Shown: in pieces, positions 1 through 9,275 of the stretch
Position numbering within the stretch: position 1 is the stretch's first letter
Layout of the letters: each line of letters opens with the position of its first letter
Assembly: GCA_965223905.1 (NCBI GenBank)
Contig: CBDCXV010000011.1
Location: 32,001-96,000 of the forward strand
Direction of reading: 5' to 3'
From: Candidatus Latescibacterota bacterium
Lineage (GTDB): Bacteria > Latescibacterota > UBA2968 > UBA8231
Length of the DNA stretch: 64,000 bases
Position numbers and translations under genes: made by a program
Notes under the pieces: model-generated
Seen by the model: only the letters and a program-made list of their open reading frames with translations
The model's database searches: none
Told to the model about the DNA's origin: nothing

Positions 1-1407
1 GCGCAGATCCTCGAGCCGGCCATCGACCTGGCGGAGAACGGCTTCCCCGTGTACCCGGAGCTGGCCGCGTCGCTGCGCAACAACGCCGCCAAGTACCGCG
101 ACCAGTACCCGACCACGGGCCGGGTCTACCTGCCCGGTGGGTCCCCGCCGGCAGCCGGTGAGCTGCTGCGCAACCCGGACTGGGCGGAGGTTCTCAAGAA
201 GATGAGCCGCGCCGACCAAGAGGGGAGCGCCAAGAGCCGGGTGGCCGGCATCGAGGCCGCGGCAGACCTGTTCTACCGCGGCGAGATCGCCGAGACCGTC
301 GTCTCCTTCATCGAGAATCCCATCGCCGACGCCAGCGGCAGCGAGCACGCCGGGCTCCTGACCCTCGACGACATGGCGGCCTGGGAGCCGCGCCTCGACG
401 AGCCGGTCGGCGTCGACTACCGCGGCCTCGAGGTCCACAAGTGCTCCTCCTGGACGCAGGGGCCGGTCTTCCTGCAGCAGCTCACCCTGCTCGAGGGGTT
501 CGACCTGGCCGGTATGGAGCACAACTCCGCCGACTACCTGCATCTGGTGATCGAGTGCTCGAAGCTCGCCTTCGCCGACCGCGAGGCCTGGTACGGCGAC
601 CCGCTGCACGACGAGGTGCCGTTCGACACCCTGCTGTCGAAGGAGTACGCGGCGCAACGCCGGGAGCTGATCGGCGACGCCGCGTCCCTGGAGATGCGGC
701 CGGGAGCGGCGGGCGGTGGGGTTCCGGAGTACGCACTCGGCGACGTGGCCGAGGACAACCGCCGCGCCCTCGAGGTGGCGGCGCGCGAAGTCAAGGACCT
801 CGGGCTGGGCCACGCCCACCTCGGGGACACCACCCACCTCGACGCCGTCGACGCCGAGGGGAACATGGTGGCGGCGACCCCGAGCGGCGGCTGGCTGGGG
901 ACCTCGCCGGTGATCGAGGGACTGGGATTTCCGCTGGGAACGCGCGGCCAGATGTTCTACCTCAACCCGGAGCGACCCAACGCTTTGGCGCCCCGCAAGC
1001 GGCCGCGCGCGACCCTGACCCCGACCCTGGTGATGCGGGACGGCGACCCCCTGATGGTCTTCGGAACCCCGGGCGGCGACTCGCAGGACCAGTGGACCCT
1101 GCAGTTCTTCCTCAACCACGTCGACTTCGGGATGAACCTGCAGGAGGCCCTCGACGCCCCGAGCGTGCACTCCCTGCATTTCCCCTCCTCCTTCTACCCG
1201 CGCGCCGGGTTTCCCGGGGAGGTGGCCGCGGAGGAGAGGATTCCGGCTGAGGTGCTGGAGGAGCTGGAGCGGCGCGGGCACCGCGTGTCGCCGCGTCCGG
1301 GCTGGTCGAACGGCAAGGTGCTGGCGATCCGCCGCGACGGGGAATCCGGGGTGATTTCAGGGGCGGCTTCGGCCAAGGGTAGCATCGGTTACGCCATCGG
1401 GTGGTAG
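1..1407 (+). CDS. ggt: Gamma-glutamyltransferase family protein (5' end lies outside the window)
   Basis: Frame open from base 1 (AQILEPAIDLAENGFPV). DTTHLDAVD autocleavage Thr motif, LAPRKRPRATLTPT and FGTPGGD motifs. Confidence 0.9.
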   Translation, partial: AQILEPAIDLAENGFPVYPELAASLRNNAAKYRDQYPTTGRVYLPGGSPPAAGELLRNPDWAEVLKKMSRADQEGSAKSRVAGIEAAADLFYRGEIAETVVSFIENPIADASGSEHAGLLTLDDMAAWEPRLDEPVGVDYRGLEVHKCSSWTQGPVFLQQLTLLEGFDLAGMEHNSADYLHLVIECSKLAFADREAWYGDPLHDEVPFDTLLSKEYAAQRRELIGDAASLEMRPGAAGGGVPEYALGDVAEDNRRALEVAAREVKDLGLGHAHLGDTTHLDAVDAEGNMVAATPSGGWLGTSPVIEGLGFPLGTRGQMFYLNPERPNALAPRKRPRATLTPTLVMRDGDPLMVFGTPGGDSQDQWTLQFFLNHVDFGMNLQEALDAPSVHSLHFPSSFYPRAGFPGEVAAEERIPAEVLEELERRGHRVSPRPGWSNGKVLAIRRDGESGVISGAASAKGSIGYAIGW

Positions 1408-1649
1408 GTTGGGCATCGATGGTTCGGGCAGCCCCAGGTTTGCATTGACAATGAAATGGTCGAATTGCGGTTTTATTTCGGAACCTTTTCGGGTTCTTTG
1501 TGGAATTAGGTTACAGTTTATCCAGAAGCGAATTGATTTGTACTTAGTTGCAGTATTCTCCAATTCCAAATTGGTGAATAGGAGGTGACTCCAATGGACG
1601 TTGGCGGCACTTATTTTTTCTTGGATCGTTGTCCAAATAAATACGAGGA

Positions 1650-2708
1650 TTGACTATGGCCTGGCCTATACCATCCGACTCGAAGACCCAGATTAATAGG
1701 GCTGGAAGGATCCTCATTGAGGACTCTATCGATTTGGATCAATCCCATTGGGCGTTTGAGGTAGTGAACCACTGGCGATCCTGCCACGGTTATCCCATAA
1801 ATACCTTCCAGGCTACATTACGCAATAAGCTGAGATCTATCGACCGTAACGCCTTGGTGGCCCAGCGGCTCAAGCGAATGCCTTCTATCACCGAGAAACT
1901 TCGTCGCTTGGAGGGCATGCAGCTGGCGCGAATGCAGGACGTAGGGGGAATAAGAGCGGTGGTTTCTACCTTAAAAAGAGTACGTTTGTTAGAGGAAAAT
2001 TATAGAAGTAGTCGATTTCAACATGAGCTTGTGACCTCCCGTGACTATATTTCTGATCCCAAGGTTTCTGGATACAGAAGTGTCCACCTTATATATCGGT
2101 ATAAAAACCAACGCGCTCCAGAATACGACGGCCTTCTCCTTGAGCTTCAGATTCGGACAAAGTTGCAGCATGCCTGGGCGACAGCCGTTGAAACTATGGG
2201 AACTTTTCTTAAACACGCCTTGAAATCGAGTGAAGGTCCAAAGCCATGGCTCGATTTTTTTTCTTTAGTCGGATCGGCATTTGCTCACTTGGAGAAAACC
2301 CCTGCCATCCCGAAATACCAAGGATTGTCTAGGGAAGAGACATTTGCCTTGGTAGTAGAAACCGCCCGCCAGCTGGGTGTACGAGACAGTTTACTCGCTT
2401 ATACCGTCGCAGCAAAGCGTGTTCAAACCAATATGAAAACAGGGGGGTATCACCTTATTGTTCTTGATCCGACAGAAAAAAAGGTTTCGATATATAGCTA
2501 TAAAAAAGAAGACCTTGGGACTGCAAGCAGACATTATGGGCAAATTGAACACAGAATTGCGGACGGTGAATTGATACAGGCCGTGTTGGTTTCCGCTGGT
2601 CCGATTGAACAATTACGTAGGGCGTATCCCAATTACTTCTTAGATACTCGGGAATTCCTCAAGCAACTATACCGGATCGGGAAACATGTAAGAACCGGAG
2701 TGGGCTAA
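1650..2708 (+). CDS. capRel: Fused CapRel-like toxic small alarmone synthetase (RelA_SpoT synthetase domain plus C-terminal antitoxin/sensor domain)
   Basis: RLKRMPSITEKL, RMQDVGGIR, SGYRSVHL and ELQIRTKLQHAWAT synthetase motifs; C-terminal AVLVSA...LRRAYPNYF (YxxY) as in CapRel. AT-rich compared with flanks. Confidence 0.8.
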   Translation: MTMAWPIPSDSKTQINRAGRILIEDSIDLDQSHWAFEVVNHWRSCHGYPINTFQATLRNKLRSIDRNALVAQRLKRMPSITEKLRRLEGMQLARMQDVGGIRAVVSTLKRVRLLEENYRSSRFQHELVTSRDYISDPKVSGYRSVHLIYRYKNQRAPEYDGLLLELQIRTKLQHAWATAVETMGTFLKHALKSSEGPKPWLDFFSLVGSAFAHLEKTPAIPKYQGLSREETFALVVETARQLGVRDSLLAYTVAAKRVQTNMKTGGYHLIVLDPTEKKVSIYSYKKEDLGTASRHYGQIEHRIADGELIQAVLVSAGPIEQLRRAYPNYFLDTREFLKQLYRIGKHVRTGVG

Positions 2709-2727
2709 GCAATATAGGAAAAATAAA

Positions 2728-4659
2728 ATGAAAATCACCGACAGACACGGAAACCTGCTGGAGCACGAGGGAGGGGGCTCCCTGAAGGAGGTCCTCCTCT
2801 CTCTCGACAAGAAGATTCTGCGCGAATACATCGGGGCCCGCGCCGGCGGCGAGCGGATCGACTTCCACACCGAGCTCCCCGATGACGCCGAGGTCGAGCT
2901 GATTCCCTGGGATTCCGAGGAAGCGGCCTGGATCTACCGCCACAGCGTCGCCCACGTGATGGCGCAGGCGGTCCTCCGGCTCTTTCCCGGAGTGCGGCTG
3001 GCCATCGGCCCGGCGATCGCCGACGGCTTCTACTACGACTTCGACTGCGAGGCCTCCTTCACCCCTGACGACCTCGGGCGCATCGAGAAGGAGATGAAGC
3101 GGATCGTCAAGCAGAACCACCGGTTCGAGCGCTTCACCCTGCCGCCGGAGGAGGCGGTCGCCTTCGTCGAGGAGGATCCCTACAAGCTCGAGATCATCGC
3201 CGACCTCGAGCCGGGGGAGACCCTGTCGTTCTACCGCGACGGCGACTTCACCGATCTCTGCCGCGGGCCGCACATGCTCAGCACCGGGCAGGTCAGGCAC
3301 TTCAAGCTGCTGTCGCTGGCCGGCGCCTACTGGCGCGGCGACGAGAACAACAAGATGCTGCAGCGGATCTACGGCACCGCGTTCGCCACCCGCGAGGCCC
3401 TCGACGGGCACCTGACCATGCTGGAGGAGGCGAAGAAGCGGGACCACCGCCGCCTCGGGCAGGACCTCGAGCTGTTCTTCTTCGACGACGAGGTCGGCCC
3501 CGGCCTGCCGCTGTGGCAGCCGAAGGGGACGGTCCTGATCGAGGAGCTGGAACGGCTGGCCAAGGAGACGGAGCGCGAGGCCGGGTACCTGCAGGTGCGC
3601 ACCCCCCACATCTGCAAGGATTCGATGTTCGTGCGCAGCGGCCACCTGCCCTACTACGCCGAGTCGATGTTCCCGCCGATGGAGCTGGAGGGGGTGAACT
3701 ACTACCTCAAGCCGATGAACTGCCCCCACCACCACAAGGTGTACGGGTCGGTCCCGCGCAGCTACCGTGACCTGCCGCTGCGGCTCGCCGAGTACGGGAC
3801 CTGCTACCGCTACGAGCAGTCCGGGGAGCTGTTCGGGCTGATGCGGGTGCGCTCGATGCAGATGAACGACGCCCACATCTACTGCACCCTCGGCCAGTTC
3901 GAGGAGGAGTTCCTCGCCGTCTGCCGCATGTACCTCGGCTACTTCGAGCTGTTCGGCATCGACAAGTACGTGATGCGCTTCAGCACCCACGAACCGCAGG
4001 ACCTCGGAAAGAAGTACGTCGACGAGCCGGAGCTCTGGCTCGAGACCGAGGAGCGGGTGCGCCGCGCCCTCGCCAACGGCGGCATCAACCACGTCGAGGT
4101 CGCCGGGGATGCGGCCTTCTACGGCCCCAAGATCGACGTCGAGGTCTGGAGCGCCATCGGCCGCGAGTTCTCGATCGCCACCAACCAGGTCGATTTCGCG
4201 GTGCCGGCCCGCTACGGGCTCGTCTACACCAGTGCCGAGGGGGGCCAGGAGACGCCGATCTGCATTCACCGCGCCCCGCTGGGGACCCACGAGCGCACCA
4301 TCGGCTTCCTCATCGAGCATTACGCCGGGGCCTTCCCGCCCTGGCTCGCCCCGGTGCAGGCGGTGGTGCTGCCGATCGGGGAAGGCCACGCCGCGTACGC
4401 CGCGGGAGTGGGGGCCGCCCTGGCCGCGGCCGGAGTGCGCGCCGAAGTCGAGGGGGACAACACCCTCGGTTACCGCATCCGCGCGGCGCAGACGCAGAAG
4501 GTCCCCTACATGCTGATCGCCGGGGACCGCGAGGTCGAGAACGGGGAAGTGTCGATCCGCCTGCGCTCCGGCGAGCAGCTCGACTCGATGGCGGTTGCCG
4601 AGGCGGTAGCGCTGATCGGCGGGCGCATCGCCTCGAGAGCCGAGGAACTGGCCGGGTAA
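2728..4659 (+). CDS. thrS: Threonine--tRNA ligase
   Basis: RHSVAHVMAQAV, DLCRGPH, AGAYWRGD, KPMNCPHH and AFYGPKID motifs; anticodon-binding C-terminus. Confidence 0.97.
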   Translation: MKITDRHGNLLEHEGGGSLKEVLLSLDKKILREYIGARAGGERIDFHTELPDDAEVELIPWDSEEAAWIYRHSVAHVMAQAVLRLFPGVRLAIGPAIADGFYYDFDCEASFTPDDLGRIEKEMKRIVKQNHRFERFTLPPEEAVAFVEEDPYKLEIIADLEPGETLSFYRDGDFTDLCRGPHMLSTGQVRHFKLLSLAGAYWRGDENNKMLQRIYGTAFATREALDGHLTMLEEAKKRDHRRLGQDLELFFFDDEVGPGLPLWQPKGTVLIEELERLAKETEREAGYLQVRTPHICKDSMFVRSGHLPYYAESMFPPMELEGVNYYLKPMNCPHHHKVYGSVPRSYRDLPLRLAEYGTCYRYEQSGELFGLMRVRSMQMNDAHIYCTLGQFEEEFLAVCRMYLGYFELFGIDKYVMRFSTHEPQDLGKKYVDEPELWLETEERVRRALANGGINHVEVAGDAAFYGPKIDVEVWSAIGREFSIATNQVDFAVPARYGLVYTSAEGGQETPICIHRAPLGTHERTIGFLIEHYAGAFPPWLAPVQAVVLPIGEGHAAYAAGVGAALAAAGVRAEVEGDNTLGYRIRAAQTQKVPYMLIAGDREVENGEVSIRLRSGEQLDSMAVAEAVALIGGRIASRAEELAG

Positions 4660-4751
4660 GGGACCGGTACGGGTCTTGTCGGCATGACTCTCGCGAAATT
4701 CCAGGGAAGGCCGGGTAAAGACTGGGCAGCCGCCGGGGAGGCCTTCAGGCC

Positions 4752-5447
4752 GTGCCGGTGAAGAAGAGGATCTCGCGCGCCGCCGGGGTCTTCTGGCGCT
4801 TCCGCTACCACCTGGTTTCGACCCTGGTGGTGCTCGTCTTCTGGGACACCCTCCTGATCAAGCCCTTCCGCGTCTTCGTGGTGATGGTGCACGAGGTCTG
4901 CCACGCCGGCGCCGCCCTGCTGACCGACGGCGAGGTCGTCGAGATCCGCACCGCCTGGGAGGAGTCGGGCCACACCCTTACCCGGGGCGGCATCTTCCCC
5001 GTCATCAGCTCGGCCGGGTACGTCGGCTCCGCCCTGCTCGGAGCGCTGCTGATCTACGCCGGCTGCTTCCCGCAGGTGCAGAGGCTGGGCCTGCTCTTCA
5101 TCGGCGCCGCCACCATGGGGATGACGATCTGGTACACCCCGGCCGGAGCCGGCGACTTCTACTTCGGGATCTTCGGCGGCCTGGTGTTCGTCCTCCTGGC
5201 GATCAAGAGCCAGCGCGCCGGGACCGCGGGCGCCGTCTGGCTCGGGGTGATGCTCTGCATCTACAGCCTCCACGACTTCCGCACCGACCTGTGGATGTAC
5301 CCCGAGCAGACCGACGCCGGCATACTCGCCGCCTACTGGGGGGCGCCGCCGCTGGCCTACCCCATCGCCTTTACCTGGGTCGCCGTATCCGTGTACGCGA
5401 TGTACAAGTCGCTGCTGGCCCTGGTCCGCAAGGAAAGGAAGAACTGA
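4752..5447 (+). CDS. M50 (M50B-like) membrane metallopeptidase
   Basis: HEVCH zinc motif, SAGYVG, TDAGIL; several hydrophobic segments. Confidence 0.8.
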   Translation: MPVKKRISRAAGVFWRFRYHLVSTLVVLVFWDTLLIKPFRVFVVMVHEVCHAGAALLTDGEVVEIRTAWEESGHTLTRGGIFPVISSAGYVGSALLGALLIYAGCFPQVQRLGLLFIGAATMGMTIWYTPAGAGDFYFGIFGGLVFVLLAIKSQRAGTAGAVWLGVMLCIYSLHDFRTDLWMYPEQTDAGILAAYWGAPPLAYPIAFTWVAVSVYAMYKSLLALVRKERKN

Positions 5448-5449
5448 CG

Positions 5450-7225
5450 ATGAGAAAGAGCACCCTGTTCAGCCAGACGCTGCGCGAGGCCCCGGCAGAC
5501 GCCGAGGTCGCCAGCCACGTGCTGCTGCTGCGGGCCGGCTACATCCGCCAGCTGGCGAGCGGGATCTTCAGCTACCTGCCGCTGGCGCGCCGCGCCTTCG
5601 ACAAGATCGAGGCGATCATCCGCGAGGAGATCGACGCCATCGGCGGCCAGGAGATCACCATGCCGGTCGTGCACCCGGCCGACATCTGGAAGGAGACCGG
5701 CCGCTGGTACGACATCGACGCGGAGATGGGCCGCTTCAGCGACCGCTCGGACCGGGACATGGTCCTCGCCATGACCCACGAGGAGGTGGTCGCCGACCTC
5801 GTGCGCCGGGAGATCAAGTCGTACCGGCAGCTGCCGCAGCTCCTCTACCACCTGCAGACGAAGTGGCGCGACGACCCGCGGCCGCGCTCCGGGCTGCTGC
5901 GGGTGCGCGAGTTCACCATGAAGGACAGCTACTCCCTCGACGCCGACGAGGCCGGGCTGGAGAAGCAGTACCGCGACCATTTCCAGGCCTACTTCAACAT
6001 CTTCAACCGCTGCGGCATCCCGACCATCGCCGTCAAGGCCGACGTCGGCATGATGGGGGGCAAGCTCTCCCACGAGTACATCTACCTCACCGGGGTCGGC
6101 GAGGACAGCATCGTCCACTGCCCCGGGTGCGGGTACTCCGCCAACGGCCAGGTCGCCCAGTTCGCCAAGGCCGCGCCGGAGCCGGAGGAGGCGCAGCCGG
6201 TCGAGCGGGTGGCGACGCCGGACACCCCGACCATCGAGGCCCTCGCCCGGCTCCTCGAGATCCCCGAAAACCGGACGGCCAAGGCCCTGTTCGTGATGGG
6301 CAGGTTCCGGGGCGAATCGGAGGAGGAGCAGGAGGAGCGGCTGATCCTGGCGGTGATCCGCGGCGACATGGAGGTCAACGAGACCAAGCTCGCCAATGCC
6401 GCCGGGGCCCTGTCCCTGCGCCCGGCCCACGACGAGGAGATCCTGGCGAGCGGCGCCGTGCCGGGGTACGCGTCGCCGATGGGGGTCGCAAACGCCCTGG
6501 TGGTCGCCGACGACTCGATCCCCGGAGCGGCCAATCTCGTGTCCGGGGCCAACGAGGAGGGGTACCACCTGCGCAACGTCAACTACGGCCGCGACTGGGA
6601 GGCCGCAGTGGTCGCCGACATCGCCGCGGTGGGGGAGGGGGCGGCCTGCCGGGAGTGCGGCGGCCTCCTGCAGGTGAGCCGGGGCGTCGAGGTCGGCAAC
6701 ATCTTTCAGCTCGGCACCCGCTATTCCGAGGCGATGAACTGCTTCTTCCTCGACGCCGAAGGCAACCAGCGGCCGGTGATCATGGGCTCCTACGGCATTG
6801 GCGTCGGGCGCCTGCTGGCCTGCGTCGCCCAGGAGCATCACGACGACAACGGGCTGGCCCTGCCGGTATCGATCGCCCCCTACCAGGTCCACCTCGTCTC
6901 ACTGGCCAAGACCCCGGGGGCAGTGCGGGAAGCGTCCGAGGCGCTCTACGACGGCCTCCGGGAGGCGGGCGTCGAGGTGCTCTACGACGACCGCGGGGAA
7001 AACCCGGGGGTGAAGTTCAACGACGCCGACCTGATCGGACTGCCGATCCGCATAACCATAGGGGACCGGTCGCTGAAGAAGGGACAGGTCGAGATCAAGC
7101 TGCGGCGCCAGGAGAAGGCCGCGGAGGTCCCGGTAGAGAGCGCCGTCGAGCACGTGGTCGAGCGGGTCCGCGAGCTGCGGGCGGAGCTGGAAGCCCGCGT
7201 CGTCGAGGTCCCCTACACCGACTGA
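5450..7225 (+). CDS. proS: Proline--tRNA ligase (with editing insertion)
   Basis: ATG at 5450 (MRKSTLFSQTLREAP); LAMTHEE, RPRSGLLRVREFTMKDSYS, EVGNIFQLGTRYS and MGSYGIGVGRL motifs. Confidence 0.97.
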   Translation: MRKSTLFSQTLREAPADAEVASHVLLLRAGYIRQLASGIFSYLPLARRAFDKIEAIIREEIDAIGGQEITMPVVHPADIWKETGRWYDIDAEMGRFSDRSDRDMVLAMTHEEVVADLVRREIKSYRQLPQLLYHLQTKWRDDPRPRSGLLRVREFTMKDSYSLDADEAGLEKQYRDHFQAYFNIFNRCGIPTIAVKADVGMMGGKLSHEYIYLTGVGEDSIVHCPGCGYSANGQVAQFAKAAPEPEEAQPVERVATPDTPTIEALARLLEIPENRTAKALFVMGRFRGESEEEQEERLILAVIRGDMEVNETKLANAAGALSLRPAHDEEILASGAVPGYASPMGVANALVVADDSIPGAANLVSGANEEGYHLRNVNYGRDWEAAVVADIAAVGEGAACRECGGLLQVSRGVEVGNIFQLGTRYSEAMNCFFLDAEGNQRPVIMGSYGIGVGRLLACVAQEHHDDNGLALPVSIAPYQVHLVSLAKTPGAVREASEALYDGLREAGVEVLYDDRGENPGVKFNDADLIGLPIRITIGDRSLKKGQVEIKLRRQEKAAEVPVESAVEHVVERVRELRAELEARVVEVPYTD

Positions 7226-7251
7226 AACGCAAGGGAAAGGAAGGAAAAGCC

Positions 7252-7902
7252 ATGCCGGTTTTTCGCGCAGGCAGCGGCCAGGCCCCGGCCTGGTGCGAGC
7301 TGCATCGATTCGACATCGTCGACCTGCCCGCCGGCGCCGGCAGGTACGACTTCGACCGCGCCGGCCCCAGGGAGAAGCTGATCGTCGGGGAGGGCGCCTG
7401 CACGGTCGCGGTTGGGGGCAGGGAGCAGGCCGCCGAAAAGGGAGCCAACATCGACCTGCCCGAAGGGGAAGGGGAACCGGGCTTCAGCATCCTCGAGGTC
7501 GCCGTGGATTCCACCCTGATCCGCATGGCCGGCGACTGGGGGGACGAGGTCGGCGGCTCCGGGCTGTTCTCGGTAGCCGAGGCGGCCGAGAGCGACCGCG
7601 CCGACCGGGGCGATCCTGTGGCATACGAGAAGCGGACCGGCTTCGACTGCCACTTCCACGACTGCGACGAGTACTGGATCCTGTTCGCCGGCAGCGGTGT
7701 GGTGGTGTCGGAAGGGAAGAGGTACGAGGTTTCGGCAGGGGACTGCGTGGCAACCGGGATGGGGCAGCACCACGACTTCCCGCTCGTTCACGAGCCGGTG
7801 CGGGCGGTCTATTTCGAGACCACCATGGAAGGGGAGAAGCGCCGCGGCCACCTCTGGGACCACATCCACGGGAAGGCGCAGCCGCGGGCGGAGCGGGTCT
7901 GA
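7252..7902 (+). CDS. Cupin domain protein
   Basis: ATG at 7252 after AGGA; HFHDCDEYW...G.G...GDC...GQHH cupin metal motifs. Confidence 0.8.
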   Translation: MPVFRAGSGQAPAWCELHRFDIVDLPAGAGRYDFDRAGPREKLIVGEGACTVAVGGREQAAEKGANIDLPEGEGEPGFSILEVAVDSTLIRMAGDWGDEVGGSGLFSVAEAAESDRADRGDPVAYEKRTGFDCHFHDCDEYWILFAGSGVVVSEGKRYEVSAGDCVATGMGQHHDFPLVHEPVRAVYFETTMEGEKRRGHLWDHIHGKAQPRAERV

Positions 7903-7906
7903 AGCG
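7802..7906 (+). repeat. Direct repeat copy 1 (105 bp; cupin 3' end)
   Basis: Matches 32583-32687 with 3 mismatches. Confidence 0.95.
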
Positions 7907-7990
7907 GGGGTTCAGTCAGAAAGATCAAGAAAACGGGAAGGAAACAGTCCCCTTGAATTGGGAAAGATCGGGTCGACTCCATCCTTCGAA

Positions 7991-8187
7991 TCAGATCTTC
8001 CTGGTGCTTCCCGCATTTTTCAGGATGGCATTCGCCGTATGGCGACTTTTCAGATTATGTGGCACCAGCAGAATTTTGCCGGTACTCAAGCATTTCCACT
8101 TTTCGTGGGAACCTTTTGCGTTTTCCAATACTTAAAGCCGAGTTTGGAAATTTCTATTGTGACCGTGTTGTATAACGTACCTGGCAA
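7991..8187 (-). pseudogene. hicA: HicA-family toxin, frameshifted
   Basis: LYNTVTIEISKLGFKYWK / AKGSHEKWKCLSTGKILLVPHNLKSRHTANAILKNAG read across a 1-nt shift in an A-run near 8122. Confidence 0.7.
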
Positions 8188-9096
8188 ATATGCCGTGACC
8201 TTGATCGAATGATATACGTCACGACTCGTCCAACGGTACCGGGACCGGAAACCCCCGCGCAACGCCATTGCCTGGGGCGGAAGCAGTCGTCCCGGCATCT
8301 CGCTGATCCGGTTGTTCCGAGGGTCCGCGACAAGCTTCCGAGCCTGTGGTCGACGCCCTGCAGGACTTGGTCCGGCCATGCTCACCGACCGTGCATGTCC
8401 AGCCATTACTGCCGGCGGATCGCCATGTCGATTTGCCAGCGCCACTTCTCCCCGGATTCCTGAGCCCGCTACATGGCCTGGACATAGCCGTTGTTTGCAA
8501 AGGGACTTATATCGATAACTACGCAAGCGCAATTTTAGAAAACTCATCCGCGAATTTAATAAAAATCTGGTATAACATAGTGTAAAAAAACCCCGAGACC
8601 CTGCAAGCTAAAATAGATGCAGCAGACCAGATCCGATCCGTTGCATCTACTACAGCTAAGCGTAGTGATTGAGAATGACCTGGATAATTTCCAGGACTAT
8701 CTCAAGCGAAACAACGACCCACTTGGGCAGCATACCTTTCTCCTTTCCAATTTAAGGGTTTCGGTTTCTTGCCCTTCTCAGTATAGCAAGAAGAGTCCTG
8801 ACAGTTACGAGTATAGCCAAGGTGACTATATTGGGACTTTTCATGGGATCTTTCATCATCATCGTAAAATCCTTTCACATATGAATGGGAGTTGAAAAAT
8901 GATTAACCGACTTCGCGAGGGGAGGCGTGACGAGCCAGCCGGATATACGACAAACACAAAAAATCCCCGTTCCAATTAGGAGCCGAGGATTTCCAAAAAT
9001 GACTCTTCTGTAAGGTGACTTATTTTTATTAGACGTATCCCGCAAACTCTTCTTTATAGCCTCTGGACGCAGGATTCAGGAAGTTCCTGATCCCTT

Positions 9097-9181
9097 TCAG
9101 AGCGGCTTCAGGGGACGTCCCATTGCCATAGGTGTCCTCCTTGCGGTATCGCTAGACAGGAACCTAATGAGGAAACCATAT
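9097..9181 (-). mobile_element. Possible IS630-like left-end remnant
   Basis: AGGAGG RBS followed by MAMGRPLKPL*, similar to IS630 transposase N-termini; very short. Confidence 0.25.
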
Positions 9182-9275
9182 TTATTCAAAATATTCCTGG
9201 GACAGGACGACAGGCTCCATCCAACCGCTGGCGAGTCAGAGGTATCTTGCATCAGCTTCGCTCTGCTGCCCCGCT

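Noticed and set aside
2600-2727. T-box or attenuator leader upstream of thrS
   Set aside because: Only 19 bp separate the CapRel stop from the thrS start; no T-box motif seen.
8617-8895. 92-aa AT-rich ORF
   Set aside because: No recognisable motif or clear RBS; may be non-coding.
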